A stretch of 60,387 nt of DNA, from NCBI GenBank assembly GCA_036395715.1, contig DASWDB010000141.1:1-60387 (forward strand). Direction: 5' to 3'. Origin of the DNA: Actinomycetota bacterium (GTDB lineage: Bacteria; Actinomycetota; UBA4738; HRBIN12). Made by a program: the position numbers and the translations under genes. Of this stretch, positions 36,639 through 45,500 are shown piece after piece. Below the pieces are notes generated by a model. That model was not told the DNA's origin. It saw nothing but the letters and a program-made list of their open reading frames with translations, and searched no databases. How positions within the stretch are numbered: position 1 is the first letter of the stretch; each line of letters opens with the position of its first letter.

Positions 36639-38996
36639 CTACTCGCGCATCAACATCGCGACGGCTTCGCGCTCCAGGTCGATGTACGCCTCGCCACTGA
36701 CGTCGACGGCGACGCGCCTGATCGTCCCACCGGTGAATCGCCACGGCTCCACGCCCGGATAGTCGTCGGTGACGCCGGCGCCCCCGTCGCGCCCGATGCA
36801 GAGCCCCTCGCCCGCGATCATGAACTTCCCGGGCTGCGTCTTGATCGGCCCATCGCCGACCTTCGTATCGCCGTGCCAGAGCGAGAGCGATCCGGTCGCC
36901 ACGCCGGGCGGGTCCTCGCCGCTCTTGTCGAACGACGCCGACAGGATCTGGTTCTCACCAACGGGCAGCTCCTCGGTCGCGACGACCTTCTGTTCGAACA
37001 TGCCGACGAAGCTGTAGACGTAGTGGAGTCGGTTGTCCTTCACGTAAAGGGCATGGCCACCGAACGGCGAGCCGTGCGCGAAGAGGACGCCCTCAGCACC
37101 CTTGGCCGGGATGTCCACGAGCGCCCCGATCGCGAACGACCGGTTGCGGACGTTCACCGCCTGCGACTCGGGCACGTCGGCCGTGTCGGGGAAGTAGACG
37201 TAGCGGTCACGTGGGGGTGCCAGCACCGGACGCGGCGTGAGCATGATCTCGAGCGCCGAGCGGTCGTCGAGCGGGAACGCCTGGTTGGCGCCGGCTTCGG
37301 CGAACCAGAGGTTCTGGAGCTCCCGGACCTTGTCCCGGTTCTCCTTCGCGACGTTGTGCAGCTCGGCGCGATCGACCTGCGTGTGATACAGCTCCCACTC
37401 GTCGTCGTTGAAATGGCTCCAACCGGCGATCGTCGGGTGATTCGTGACGGCCTTCCAGCCGTCGTGCCAGATCGCCCGGGAGCCCAGCATCGAGTAGAAC
37501 TGCGTCGTCCGCGTCGACGGCGCATCCGACTCCTCGAAGCTGGATCGCATGCTCACACCATCGAAGCTACTCTGGACGTGGCCCTTGATCGTCTCCGGAG
37601 CCTGGACGCCGAGCACGTCGAGGACGGTCGGGACGATGTCGATCGCGTGGTGGTACTGGTCGCGAACCTCGCCCTTGGACTTCAGACCTGCCGGCCACGA
37701 GATGATGCACGGATCGCTCGTGCCGCCGTTGAATTCGTAGCGCTTCCACATCTTGAACGGCGTGTTGAAGGCCATCGCCCATCCGTTCGGGTAGTGGTTG
37801 TACGTCTTCGGGCTGCCGAGCTCGTCGAGGAGCGGCATGTTGGCCTCGATGGTGTCGGGGATGCCGTTCGCGAACTTCATCTCGTTGACCGACCCGTTCG
37901 GGCCGCCCTCGCCTGAGGCGCCGTTGTCGGAGACGAGGATCACGAGGGTGTTCTCCCGCCAGCCGAACTCCTCGAGGAAGCCGAGCAGGCGCCCGATCTG
38001 GTCGTCGGTATGCGCGAGGAAGCCCGCGTACACCTCCGCCATGCGGCTGAACAGCATCTTCTCGTCGTCCGAGAGGGAGTCCCACGGCCGCGTGACGTCG
38101 AGCTGGGGGAACGGCTTGCCGTCGGGTCCCGTACGCGACTCCGTCGTGCCGATCGGATTGATCGGCGGCAGCTCGGTGTCCCTCGGTACCAGCCCGAGCT
38201 CCTTCTGACGGGCGAGGGTCTGCTCGCGCATCGCCTCGTAGCCCATGTCGAAGCGACCCCGATACGTCTCGATCCACTCTTTCGGCGCGTGGTGCGGTGC
38301 GTGGCATGCGCCGGGCGCGTAGTACAGGAAGAATGGCTTCTCCGGCGCGACCGTCTTCGCGTCCCTGATGAACTCGATCGCCTTGTCGGTGATGTCCACC
38401 GTCAGGTGGTAACCCTCCTCCGGCGACCTGGGCTGGTCGACCATGTGGTTGTCGTACACGAGGTCGGGATACCACTGACTCGTCTCCGCCCCGAGGAAGC
38501 CGTACCAGCGCTCGAAGCCGCGCCCGGATGGCCAGTTGCGACGCGGCGAGGCCAGGTTCATCTCATCGTCGGGGCAGAGATGCCACTTGCCCACCATGTA
38601 GGTGTTCCACCCGAGCTCGCCGAGGATCTCCGACAACATCCCGTTCTCCGGCGGGATCGTCCCACTCGCGTTCGGGAAGCCGATCGCCGCTTCCGTGATG
38701 CACGCCATGCTGTTGCGGGTGTGGTTGCGTCCGGTCAACAGGCAGGAGCGCGTCGGAGAGCAGAGCGCGGTCGTGTGCCACTGCGTGTAGCGCACACCCT
38801 CGGAGGCGAGTTTGTCGATGTTCGGCGTTTGGACCGGCCCGCCGTAGCACGACAGCGCGGAGAAGCCGACATCGTCCAAGACGACGTAGACCACGCTGGG
38901 GGCGCCGGCGGGAGCCGTGGGTGGCTCGAACGGCGACCAGTCGGGCTCCGAGTCCCGGATGTCGACGTTGATCGTTCCTTCGAACTCCTTCGGCAT
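36639..38996 (-). CDS. Cys-type arylsulfatase, AtsA-like long form (785 aa), no signal peptide
   Basis: Starts at MPKEFEGTINV after GAAGGAGCG. VVYVVLDDVGFSALSCYGG, and the formylglycine motif CSPTR encoded at 38748-38762 followed by SCLLTGRNH. The ~270-aa C-terminal extension is typical of long actinobacterial arylsulfatases. Confidence 0.88.
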   Translation of the reverse strand: MPKEFEGTINVDIRDSEPDWSPFEPPTAPAGAPSVVYVVLDDVGFSALSCYGGPVQTPNIDKLASEGVRYTQWHTTALCSPTRSCLLTGRNHTRNSMACITEAAIGFPNASGTIPPENGMLSEILGELGWNTYMVGKWHLCPDDEMNLASPRRNWPSGRGFERWYGFLGAETSQWYPDLVYDNHMVDQPRSPEEGYHLTVDITDKAIEFIRDAKTVAPEKPFFLYYAPGACHAPHHAPKEWIETYRGRFDMGYEAMREQTLARQKELGLVPRDTELPPINPIGTTESRTGPDGKPFPQLDVTRPWDSLSDDEKMLFSRMAEVYAGFLAHTDDQIGRLLGFLEEFGWRENTLVILVSDNGASGEGGPNGSVNEMKFANGIPDTIEANMPLLDELGSPKTYNHYPNGWAMAFNTPFKMWKRYEFNGGTSDPCIISWPAGLKSKGEVRDQYHHAIDIVPTVLDVLGVQAPETIKGHVQSSFDGVSMRSSFEESDAPSTRTTQFYSMLGSRAIWHDGWKAVTNHPTIAGWSHFNDDEWELYHTQVDRAELHNVAKENRDKVRELQNLWFAEAGANQAFPLDDRSALEIMLTPRPVLAPPRDRYVYFPDTADVPESQAVNVRNRSFAIGALVDIPAKGAEGVLFAHGSPFGGHALYVKDNRLHYVYSFVGMFEQKVVATEELPVGENQILSASFDKSGEDPPGVATGSLSLWHGDTKVGDGPIKTQPGKFMIAGEGLCIGRDGGAGVTDDYPGVEPWRFTGGTIRRVAVDVSGEAYIDLEREAVAMLMRE

Positions 38997-39037
38997 CGCT
39001 TCGCTCCTTCTCGTTCGGACCGACCTTCGCGCGTCGT

Positions 39038-40537
39038 TCAGACCTCGATCGTCGCCTTGATCTTGTTGGCCTTCACGGCCGCCTTGAGCGCGGCGTAGTC
39101 CCGGTCGTTCTGGTCGGCGTACGCCTCCGAGAAGGATGCGATCGCTCGGTCGAACACGTCGGAATTGCCCAGGTACGAGGCGATGGCGATCCGGTCTCCA
39201 GAACGCGAATGCGCTCTCGCGAGGGTCCATGCGCACATCTGCCCATAGACGTTCATGACCTGCGGGACCATGGCTTCCGGCGCCCACGAACCCTTCCAAT
39301 CCCGGAGCTGCCGCAGGTAGAAGTCGCGCACGACGCCGTCGATCCCCGCCAGACGGTTCCAACCGAGGAAGATGTCGCTCGCCGCCTGCATGAGCCGCTG
39401 CCCTTCGACCACCCGCTGCCCATGGTTCGCGTACCGGCTCTTGCCGACGAACGGTTCCAGGACGGAAGCCTGTGCCTCCTTGGCCTGCAGGAAAAGCGGG
39501 TCCTGGCCGTCCCTGCCAAGCATCAGGACGATCCAGGCACGGGTCCCGACGCTTCCGACGCCGACCACCTTGCGTGCGAGATGCACGAACCGGAAGTCCT
39601 CCAGCAGGTGCTTGCGGTCTCCCTGCAAGGTTCGCCGGTAGGAGCGGATCAGGTCGTGGATCGTCTCCAGGAACTTGGTCGCCTGGTCCGCAGGAAGCAA
39701 TTCCTCGACGGGGACGACCAGCGGCGGTTCGCTGATGATCCGTCGCTCGCCGTCGACGACGTGCGTCAGCTTGGCGAACGCCTCCAGGCTGTCTTTCGTC
39801 CGGGCCTTCGTCACCACGCGCTCCGCCGCTTTCAGGCTCTTCTTGTCGAGCATGGCTTGCAAGCTCGGCAGGCCCTGCTGCACCCGCGCGTGTGCGTACC
39901 ACACCTCGAGATTGCGCATGTTCGCGAACTCCCGCATCGCGGATCGATACGCACCCGCCGCGCCGCGAACGACGTCGGCGCGCTCCTTGTCCGTGAAGCC
40001 GTTGTTGCGACCCGCGATTGCCAGGCTCGCGGCGAGGCGCTTCACGTCCCATTCCCACGGCCCGTGGGCAGTCTCGTCGAAATCGTTGATGTCGAACAAC
40101 AGCTCCCGCTCGGGAGAGGCGAACAGACCGAAGTTCGAGACGTGGGCGTCACCGCAGGCTTGAACGATGAGGCCAGATCGCGGGGTCGAGGCCAGATCCG
40201 ATGCCATCAGGGAGGCCGCGCCGCGGTAGAACGCGAACGGCGATGCGAGCATCCGCCCGTACCGGATCGGGACGAGCTCCTGCACGCGACTCTTCGCCTG
40301 CTCCTCCAGGAGGCCCACCGGATCCGGGCGGGTCGAGAGGGCGTCCCAGCCCGCGTGGCTCGAGCGCGGAACCTCGGCGCGAGCGGCCTTGCCCCGAGCA
40401 GCGCGCTCTTGGGGCGTGAGGTGCACGACCGACGCGCCGCCCTGGGCCCGCTCCTTCGGCTGGTCGAGATCTCCCTCGGCTGCCGGCGTTGCCGAATCCT
40501 TCGCGCTTCGGGATGACGTGAAGGTTGGTCCGTTCAT
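39038..40537 (-). CDS. DUF2252 domain protein
   Basis: LVPIRYGRMLASPFAFYRGAASLMASDL, CGDAHVSNFGLFASPERELLFDINDFDE and WEWDVKRLAASL match DUF2252 as I recall it. GGAGGGAG Shine-Dalgarno. Confidence 0.75.
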   Translation of the reverse strand: MNGPTFTSSRSAKDSATPAAEGDLDQPKERAQGGASVVHLTPQERAARGKAARAEVPRSSHAGWDALSTRPDPVGLLEEQAKSRVQELVPIRYGRMLASPFAFYRGAASLMASDLASTPRSGLIVQACGDAHVSNFGLFASPERELLFDINDFDETAHGPWEWDVKRLAASLAIAGRNNGFTDKERADVVRGAAGAYRSAMREFANMRNLEVWYAHARVQQGLPSLQAMLDKKSLKAAERVVTKARTKDSLEAFAKLTHVVDGERRIISEPPLVVPVEELLPADQATKFLETIHDLIRSYRRTLQGDRKHLLEDFRFVHLARKVVGVGSVGTRAWIVLMLGRDGQDPLFLQAKEAQASVLEPFVGKSRYANHGQRVVEGQRLMQAASDIFLGWNRLAGIDGVVRDFYLRQLRDWKGSWAPEAMVPQVMNVYGQMCAWTLARAHSRSGDRIAIASYLGNSDVFDRAIASFSEAYADQNDRDYAALKAAVKANKIKATIEV

Positions 40538-40671
40538 AGCAGCGCTCCCTCCGGGGGCTCAGTGGAGACCGTCGAACACCATCGTGGCGAGTAGGACTCA
40601 CTCCGACTTCGATCAAGCGGCCAAGGATTCGGGCCGGCTACGGTGCGACCGCGTGACTGGGGCCGCCGAAC

Positions 40672-40694
40672 CATCGCGCGAGGATCGCGCGATG
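40672..40694. promoter_or_regulatory. Perfect 10-bp inverted repeat (candidate operator or hairpin) in the DUF2252 / sulP divergent intergenic region, followed by an AT-rich -10-like TATATA (40704-40709)
   Basis: catcgcgcga-gga-tcgcgcgatg read directly. TATATA is conspicuous in a ~70% GC background and lies 132 nt upstream of the sulP ATG. Confidence 0.4.
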
Positions 40695-40840
40695 GGCACC
40701 GACTATATACGCCCGGCCTCTCCCGCGATGACCGGGCAACCCGTGAGTGTGCATCGCCCCGTGCGGGTGTCGTCCGTGAACACCGAGCCAAGGGCTGGCA
40801 GAATGACGCGGTTCGCGACCCATCGGAGGGGAAGGCGGAG

Positions 40841-42532
40841 ATGGCGACCAGGGCCAAGACCCAGCGACTGCCGGTCCTCGAGGGCGTGTTGCCGATCGAG
40901 CGATCGGAGCTGAGCCCCGCGATCGTCGCGGGCATCACCCTCGCGGCGCTCGGGATCCCGGAGGTCATGGGGTACACGAAGATCGCCGGCATGCCGGTGG
41001 TCACCGGTCTGTACACGATCTTGATCCCGATCGCGGTGTTCGCGTGCCTAGGGTCGTCGCGCCATCTCGTCGTCGGCGCCGACTCGGCCACGGCGGCGAT
41101 CATGGCGGCCGGCTTGGCGGGGCTCGCCCCCCTCGCCTCGCCCGACTACGTGTCGCTGGCAGGCATCACGGCGATCCTCTGCGCCGGGCTGTTGCTCCTC
41201 GCGAGGCTGATCCGGCTCGGATTCCTGGCCGACTTCCTGTCGCGAAGCGTGTTGATCGGGTTCCTGACCGGTGTCGGAATCCAGGTCGCGATGGGACAAC
41301 TTCCCGGGATGCTGGGCGTGTCCGGTGGGACCGGCGGAACGCTGCCGAAGTTCTTCGGAACGTTGGAGCAGATACCCGACACGAGCCTGGCGACGCTTGC
41401 GGTCTCGGCTTCGGTGCTCGGGATCATCCTGGGCCTGAAGGCGATCGACAAGAGGATCCCCGGAGCGCTGATCGCGGTCGTCGGCTCGATCGTCGTGAGT
41501 TCGACCTTCGACCTGTCGACCCACGGCGTCGCGATCCTCGGACCGGTGCCCGGCGGTCTGCCGAAGTTCGGTGTTCCGCACTACGGTTGGAACGACTGGA
41601 GCACGCTGCTCGCGGCATCGGTCTCGATCTTCATCGTGATCCTCGCTCAAAGCGCGGCGACTTCCAGGGCGTACGCAGCCAAGTACAACGAGGAGTTCAG
41701 TGAGAACACCGACCTAGTCGGTCTGTCGTTCGCGAACCTGTCGGCAGGCTTGTCGGGAACGTTCGTCGTGAACGGGAGCCCGACGAAGACGCAGATGGTG
41801 GACAGCGCCGGCGGGCGGAGCCAGCTCTCGCAATTGGTCACGGCGTTCATCGTCTTGATCGTGCTGTTGTTCCTCACGAAGCCCCTGCAATACATGCCCG
41901 AGGCCGTGCTCGCATCGATCGTGTTCCTGATCGGCATCGAGCTGATCGATCGGCGTGGGATGCGCCGGATCATGCGATGGCGCCTGGACGAGTTCCTCGT
42001 GGCGTGCGCCACGGCGACGGTCGTCGTCGTGGTCGGCGTCAAGCAGGGGATCATCCTCGCGATCGTGTTGTCGATCCTGGACCACCTGCGGCGCAGCTAC
42101 CACCCTCGCAACACCTACCTCGTTCGGGACGCCGACGGCACGCTGCACTCCGAGCCGGTCGTCACCGGGGAGCCCCCGCGCGAGCTGGTGTCGGGGCTCG
42201 TGGTCTATCGGTTCGGGTCGATCATGTATTACGCGAACGCGAGCCGCCTGGTGGAAGACGTACGGACGATCGTCGGTACGGGGCAAGCGCCGGCATGGCT
42301 CTGCCTCGACGCGGAGATGGTCAGCGACATCGACTTCTCCGCCGGGGCGACGATCCTCGACATGCTGAACGTCGTGCGCGACGCGGGCTCGCGGCTCGTC
42401 GTCGCCCGGGTCAACAGGCACGTGAAGGCCGAGCTGGACCGCTACGGCATCACGGAGCTGGTGGGCAGCGACGCGTTCTTCGACTCGATCGAGGATGTGG
42501 TCGAGGCCTATCGTTCCCGGGCGACCAGCTAA
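40841..42532 (+). CDS. SulP-family anion transporter with C-terminal STAS domain
   Basis: Starts at MATRAKTQRLPVLEG after GGAGGGGAAGG. AGITLAALGIPEVMGYTKIAGMPVVTGLYT is the SulP signature region. The C-terminal STAS part reads VVYRFGSIMYYANA...LDAEMVSDIDFSAG. Confidence 0.88.
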   Translation: MATRAKTQRLPVLEGVLPIERSELSPAIVAGITLAALGIPEVMGYTKIAGMPVVTGLYTILIPIAVFACLGSSRHLVVGADSATAAIMAAGLAGLAPLASPDYVSLAGITAILCAGLLLLARLIRLGFLADFLSRSVLIGFLTGVGIQVAMGQLPGMLGVSGGTGGTLPKFFGTLEQIPDTSLATLAVSASVLGIILGLKAIDKRIPGALIAVVGSIVVSSTFDLSTHGVAILGPVPGGLPKFGVPHYGWNDWSTLLAASVSIFIVILAQSAATSRAYAAKYNEEFSENTDLVGLSFANLSAGLSGTFVVNGSPTKTQMVDSAGGRSQLSQLVTAFIVLIVLLFLTKPLQYMPEAVLASIVFLIGIELIDRRGMRRIMRWRLDEFLVACATATVVVVVGVKQGIILAIVLSILDHLRRSYHPRNTYLVRDADGTLHSEPVVTGEPPRELVSGLVVYRFGSIMYYANASRLVEDVRTIVGTGQAPAWLCLDAEMVSDIDFSAGATILDMLNVVRDAGSRLVVARVNRHVKAELDRYGITELVGSDAFFDSIEDVVEAYRSRATS

Positions 42533-44118
42533 CCGGTGTCGGTCGCGTGATACTCCGCAAGCAGACGTTCCTCGTCATCCTTCTTCGGGAACAGGAAGAA
42601 GACCAGGACGGCCCCCAGGACGATCGCGACGATCCCGGCGATGTATGCCCACTGGTCACCTGCGAGGAAGGAAGCCTTCGCGGCCGTCGTGATCTGGCTC
42701 GAGTACTGGGGGTACTGCTGCGCGACCGCATCCGCGCCGGCGAAGGACTTCGTGAGCTGACTCTCGACGCTATCGGAGACCTGTTGGCCGTTCGGCGCCG
42801 ATGCGATCGCAGCAGCGAAGGCGGCCGCGTACCCGGCCGCCAGCAGGGCCCCGAGGATCGACTGCATGATCGCGCCTCCGAGGTCGCGCTGCAGGTCAGC
42901 CGTCCCCGACGCCATCCCCGCCTTATCGACCGGGACCGACCCCGTGAGCGAGTGCGACGCCGGCGTGCCCGCGAAGCCGACGCCCGCCCCGACGAAGGCA
43001 TACCCGAGCCCGACCTTCCAGTACGGGATGCCTTCCTTCCACAGGAGCAGCATCGTGACGAAGCCGAGGAGGCACAACGCGTAGCCGGTGAGGAGGGTGA
43101 ACCGAGCACCCCTCGCCTCGACGAGCTTCGCCGAGCGCGGCGCGATCAGCACCATGAACAAGGCCGCCGGCAAGATCGCGAGCCCCGCATCGAGCGTGTC
43201 GTACCCGAGCACGTTCTGGAGGAACTGCTGTCCGACGAACATCGCTCCCATCAGCGTGCCGAACACGATGATGCCCGCGCACGCCGCGACCCAGAACACG
43301 CGTCGACCGGCGACGTGCAGGTCGTACAGCGGGCTGCTGGCGCGACGCTGACGGATCACGAACGCGATCGCCCCGGCGAGAGCGATCGCCGCGAGCCCCA
43401 CGACGAGGGTTGCCGAGTTCGGGACCGCCGCGAAGTTGATCCCGAGCACGAGCGCCGCAACCAACACCACCGACAGGATCCCGCCGAGGTTGTCGACCGG
43501 ATCGACGCCCTCATTGACGTGCGCGGGAACGTTCCGGAAGGCCAGGATCAACGCGACGAAGGCGAGGGGCAGCGTGAGGAGGAACACCGAGCCCCACCAG
43601 AAGTGCTCGAGGAGGAGGCCGGACAGCAGCGGACCGAGCGCCGAGATGGCCCCACCGAGACCCGACCAGAGCGCGATCGACTTCGTTCGTTCCGGGCCGG
43701 ACCACAAGGCCGTGATGAGCGCGAGCGTCGTCGGGAATGCCATCCCTGCTGCGAGGCCGCCACCCACCCTCGCGATGAACAACACGATGTCGGTCGGAGC
43801 CCACGCGGCGAGGAGGCTCATCGGGATCGCGAGCGCCGTCCCGATCACGAGCATCGCCTTGCGGCCGTAGCGGTCGCCCAACGCGCCGAAGTAGAGGACC
43901 GAGCACGCGAGGCCGAGCGAGTACCCGACCGCGATCAGGTTCAGCGTCGTCTGGGAGGACTGGAACGCTGCGCCGATATCCGGCAGCGCGACGTTTGCCA
44001 CCGCGAGGTTGAGGTTCGCCACGGCGGCCACGAGGATCAACGCGACCAGGACCAGACCCGCTTGGGCGGGGGCCGTCGACGTCGAACGTGCCGTGCCTTC
44101 CTCGGGGGCGACGCTCAC
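42529..44118 (-). CDS. MFS transporter, 14-TM drug:H+ antiporter (DHA2/EmrB-like)
   Basis: GTG start after GGAGAGGAAG. LNLAVANVALPDIGAAF, GALGDRYGRK and about 14 hydrophobic segments. Its stop overlaps the sulP stop (convergent, 4 nt). Confidence 0.85.
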   Translation of the reverse strand: MSVAPEEGTARSTSTAPAQAGLVLVALILVAAVANLNLAVANVALPDIGAAFQSSQTTLNLIAVGYSLGLACSVLYFGALGDRYGRKAMLVIGTALAIPMSLLAAWAPTDIVLFIARVGGGLAAGMAFPTTLALITALWSGPERTKSIALWSGLGGAISALGPLLSGLLLEHFWWGSVFLLTLPLAFVALILAFRNVPAHVNEGVDPVDNLGGILSVVLVAALVLGINFAAVPNSATLVVGLAAIALAGAIAFVIRQRRASSPLYDLHVAGRRVFWVAACAGIIVFGTLMGAMFVGQQFLQNVLGYDTLDAGLAILPAALFMVLIAPRSAKLVEARGARFTLLTGYALCLLGFVTMLLLWKEGIPYWKVGLGYAFVGAGVGFAGTPASHSLTGSVPVDKAGMASGTADLQRDLGGAIMQSILGALLAAGYAAAFAAAIASAPNGQQVSDSVESQLTKSFAGADAVAQQYPQYSSQITTAAKASFLAGDQWAYIAGIVAIVLGAVLVFFLFPKKDDEERLLAEYHATDTG

Positions 44119-44192
44119 GCTGCTTCCTCTCCGATCGACGACACGAACCCTAGCCGGGCATGTCGTCCGGCCACGCGAACCCGCTCGTGAAC

Positions 44193-44216
44193 CGCTCTGC
44201 TCACGGCCGCAGAGCG
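44193..44216 (-). terminator. 8-bp stem hairpin around the GNAT stop codon (weak terminator/attenuator candidate, no U-tract)
   Basis: cgctctgc-tcacggcc-gcagagcg. The TGA stop of the GNAT gene lies in the loop. Confidence 0.25.
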
Positions 44217-44671
44217 TCGTCGGATGGCGACGGCTCGCCGGTGGTCTGCCGGCCAGGACGGACGAGGGTCCGAGCAGGGTCCGCGCCGACGAACCCGAAC
44301 CGCTCGTACAGGCCCTGCGCATCGCGGGTGTTGAGGTACCAGTAGCAGTCGGCCGACGACGGCTCCTCGACGGCCTCGCGAACCAGCGCGACACCGAGCC
44401 CTCGCCCACGGTGCGGCTGCAGCACGAAGACGTCGCCGAGCCAAGCCATGTTGGAGCCGTCGGACATCACGCGACAGAAGCCGACGAGCGCGCCGCCCGG
44501 CTCGTACGCAGCGATCACGCGCGTCGACGATCCGATCAAGGACGCGATCGTGTCCCGCGAACGACCCCGGACCCAGTACGCCTCTTCGGCCAAGAAGCGA
44601 AACACGACGTCGACATCCACCCGGTCCCGATCGTCATCGAGCTCGAAGCCGTCCGGGAGCGTCCGGCGCAT
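44201..44671 (-). CDS. GNAT-family N-acetyltransferase
   Basis: Starts at MRRTLPDGFELDDD, with an ATGA overlap with the nitrilase-family stop. The acetyl-CoA loop reads VFVLQPHRGRGLGVALVREAV. Confidence 0.8.
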   Translation of the reverse strand: MRRTLPDGFELDDDRDRVDVDVVFRFLAEEAYWVRGRSRDTIASLIGSSTRVIAAYEPGGALVGFCRVMSDGSNMAWLGDVFVLQPHRGRGLGVALVREAVEEPSSADCYWYLNTRDAQGLYERFGFVGADPARTLVRPGRQTTGEPSPSDDALRP

Positions 44672-45489
44672 CAGCAGACCGGCCCCAGACGCCTGTGTTG
44701 CAATGCCGGAAGCGTCTCGCGGACGTGCTGGAGCCTGGCCATGTCGAGGTCGGCGAACCACACGCCGTCTCCCTCGCGGGAGGCACGCACGAGCACCTCG
44801 CCCCAGGGATCGACCACGATCGAGTTCCCGTAGGTCCGGCGGCCGTCCTCGGGACGGCCCCACGGCCCCCACTGCGCGGGCGCCACGATGAAGCACTGTT
44901 CCTCGATCGCTCGCGCTCGCAGCAGCACCTCCCAGTGCGCGCGGCCCGTGACCTCCGTGAACGCGGACGGGACGCAGACGATCTCCGCACCGAGCGTCAT
45001 GAGCCCGCGATAGAGCTCCGGGAACCGAACGTCGTAACAGATCGAGAGTCCGATGCGTCCCATGTCGGTGTCGTGGGTGACGAGCTCCTCGCCTGCGGTG
45101 AAAACGGCGGACTCGCGTATCGGTGGCTCACCGGGCAGGTCAACGTCGAACAGGTGGATCTTGCGGTAGCGCGCAACGATCTCGCCGTCACGGTCGAACA
45201 GGCAGGACGTGTTGAACACGCGGTCGTCGGCGGCTTCGGGGACCGAGCCGCCGACGATCCACATCGACCGTGCGCGCGCGACCTCCGCGATGGCATCAGT
45301 GAGCGGCCCCGGGATCGGGGCCGCGATCCCGCGCATCTGAGCGTGCGAACCGTAGAGGGGCCACAGCTCCGGGAGTCCGGCGAGGTCGGCGCCGCCGGCG
45401 CCGGCCTCGTCCAGCAACCGGGTGGCGGTGGCGACGTTCTCCCGAACGTCGCCACCGCCCGCGTTCATCTGACAGATCGCGACCCGCAT
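44671..45489 (-). CDS. Carbon-nitrogen hydrolase (nitrilase superfamily)
   Basis: MRVAICQMN.... The Glu-Lys-Cys triad contexts are LPELW, YRKIHLFD and GLSICYDVRFPE. Confidence 0.88.
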   Translation of the reverse strand: MRVAICQMNAGGGDVRENVATATRLLDEAGAGGADLAGLPELWPLYGSHAQMRGIAAPIPGPLTDAIAEVARARSMWIVGGSVPEAADDRVFNTSCLFDRDGEIVARYRKIHLFDVDLPGEPPIRESAVFTAGEELVTHDTDMGRIGLSICYDVRFPELYRGLMTLGAEIVCVPSAFTEVTGRAHWEVLLRARAIEEQCFIVAPAQWGPWGRPEDGRRTYGNSIVVDPWGEVLVRASREGDGVWFADLDMARLQHVRETLPALQHRRLGPVC

Positions 45490-45500
45490 GGAGACGGAGC

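Noticed and set aside
41977-44190. 737-aa plus-strand ORF.
   Set aside because: It is antisense to the 14-TM MFS transporter and out of frame with the sulP 3' end. The composition is extremely Arg/Asp/Glu-rich.
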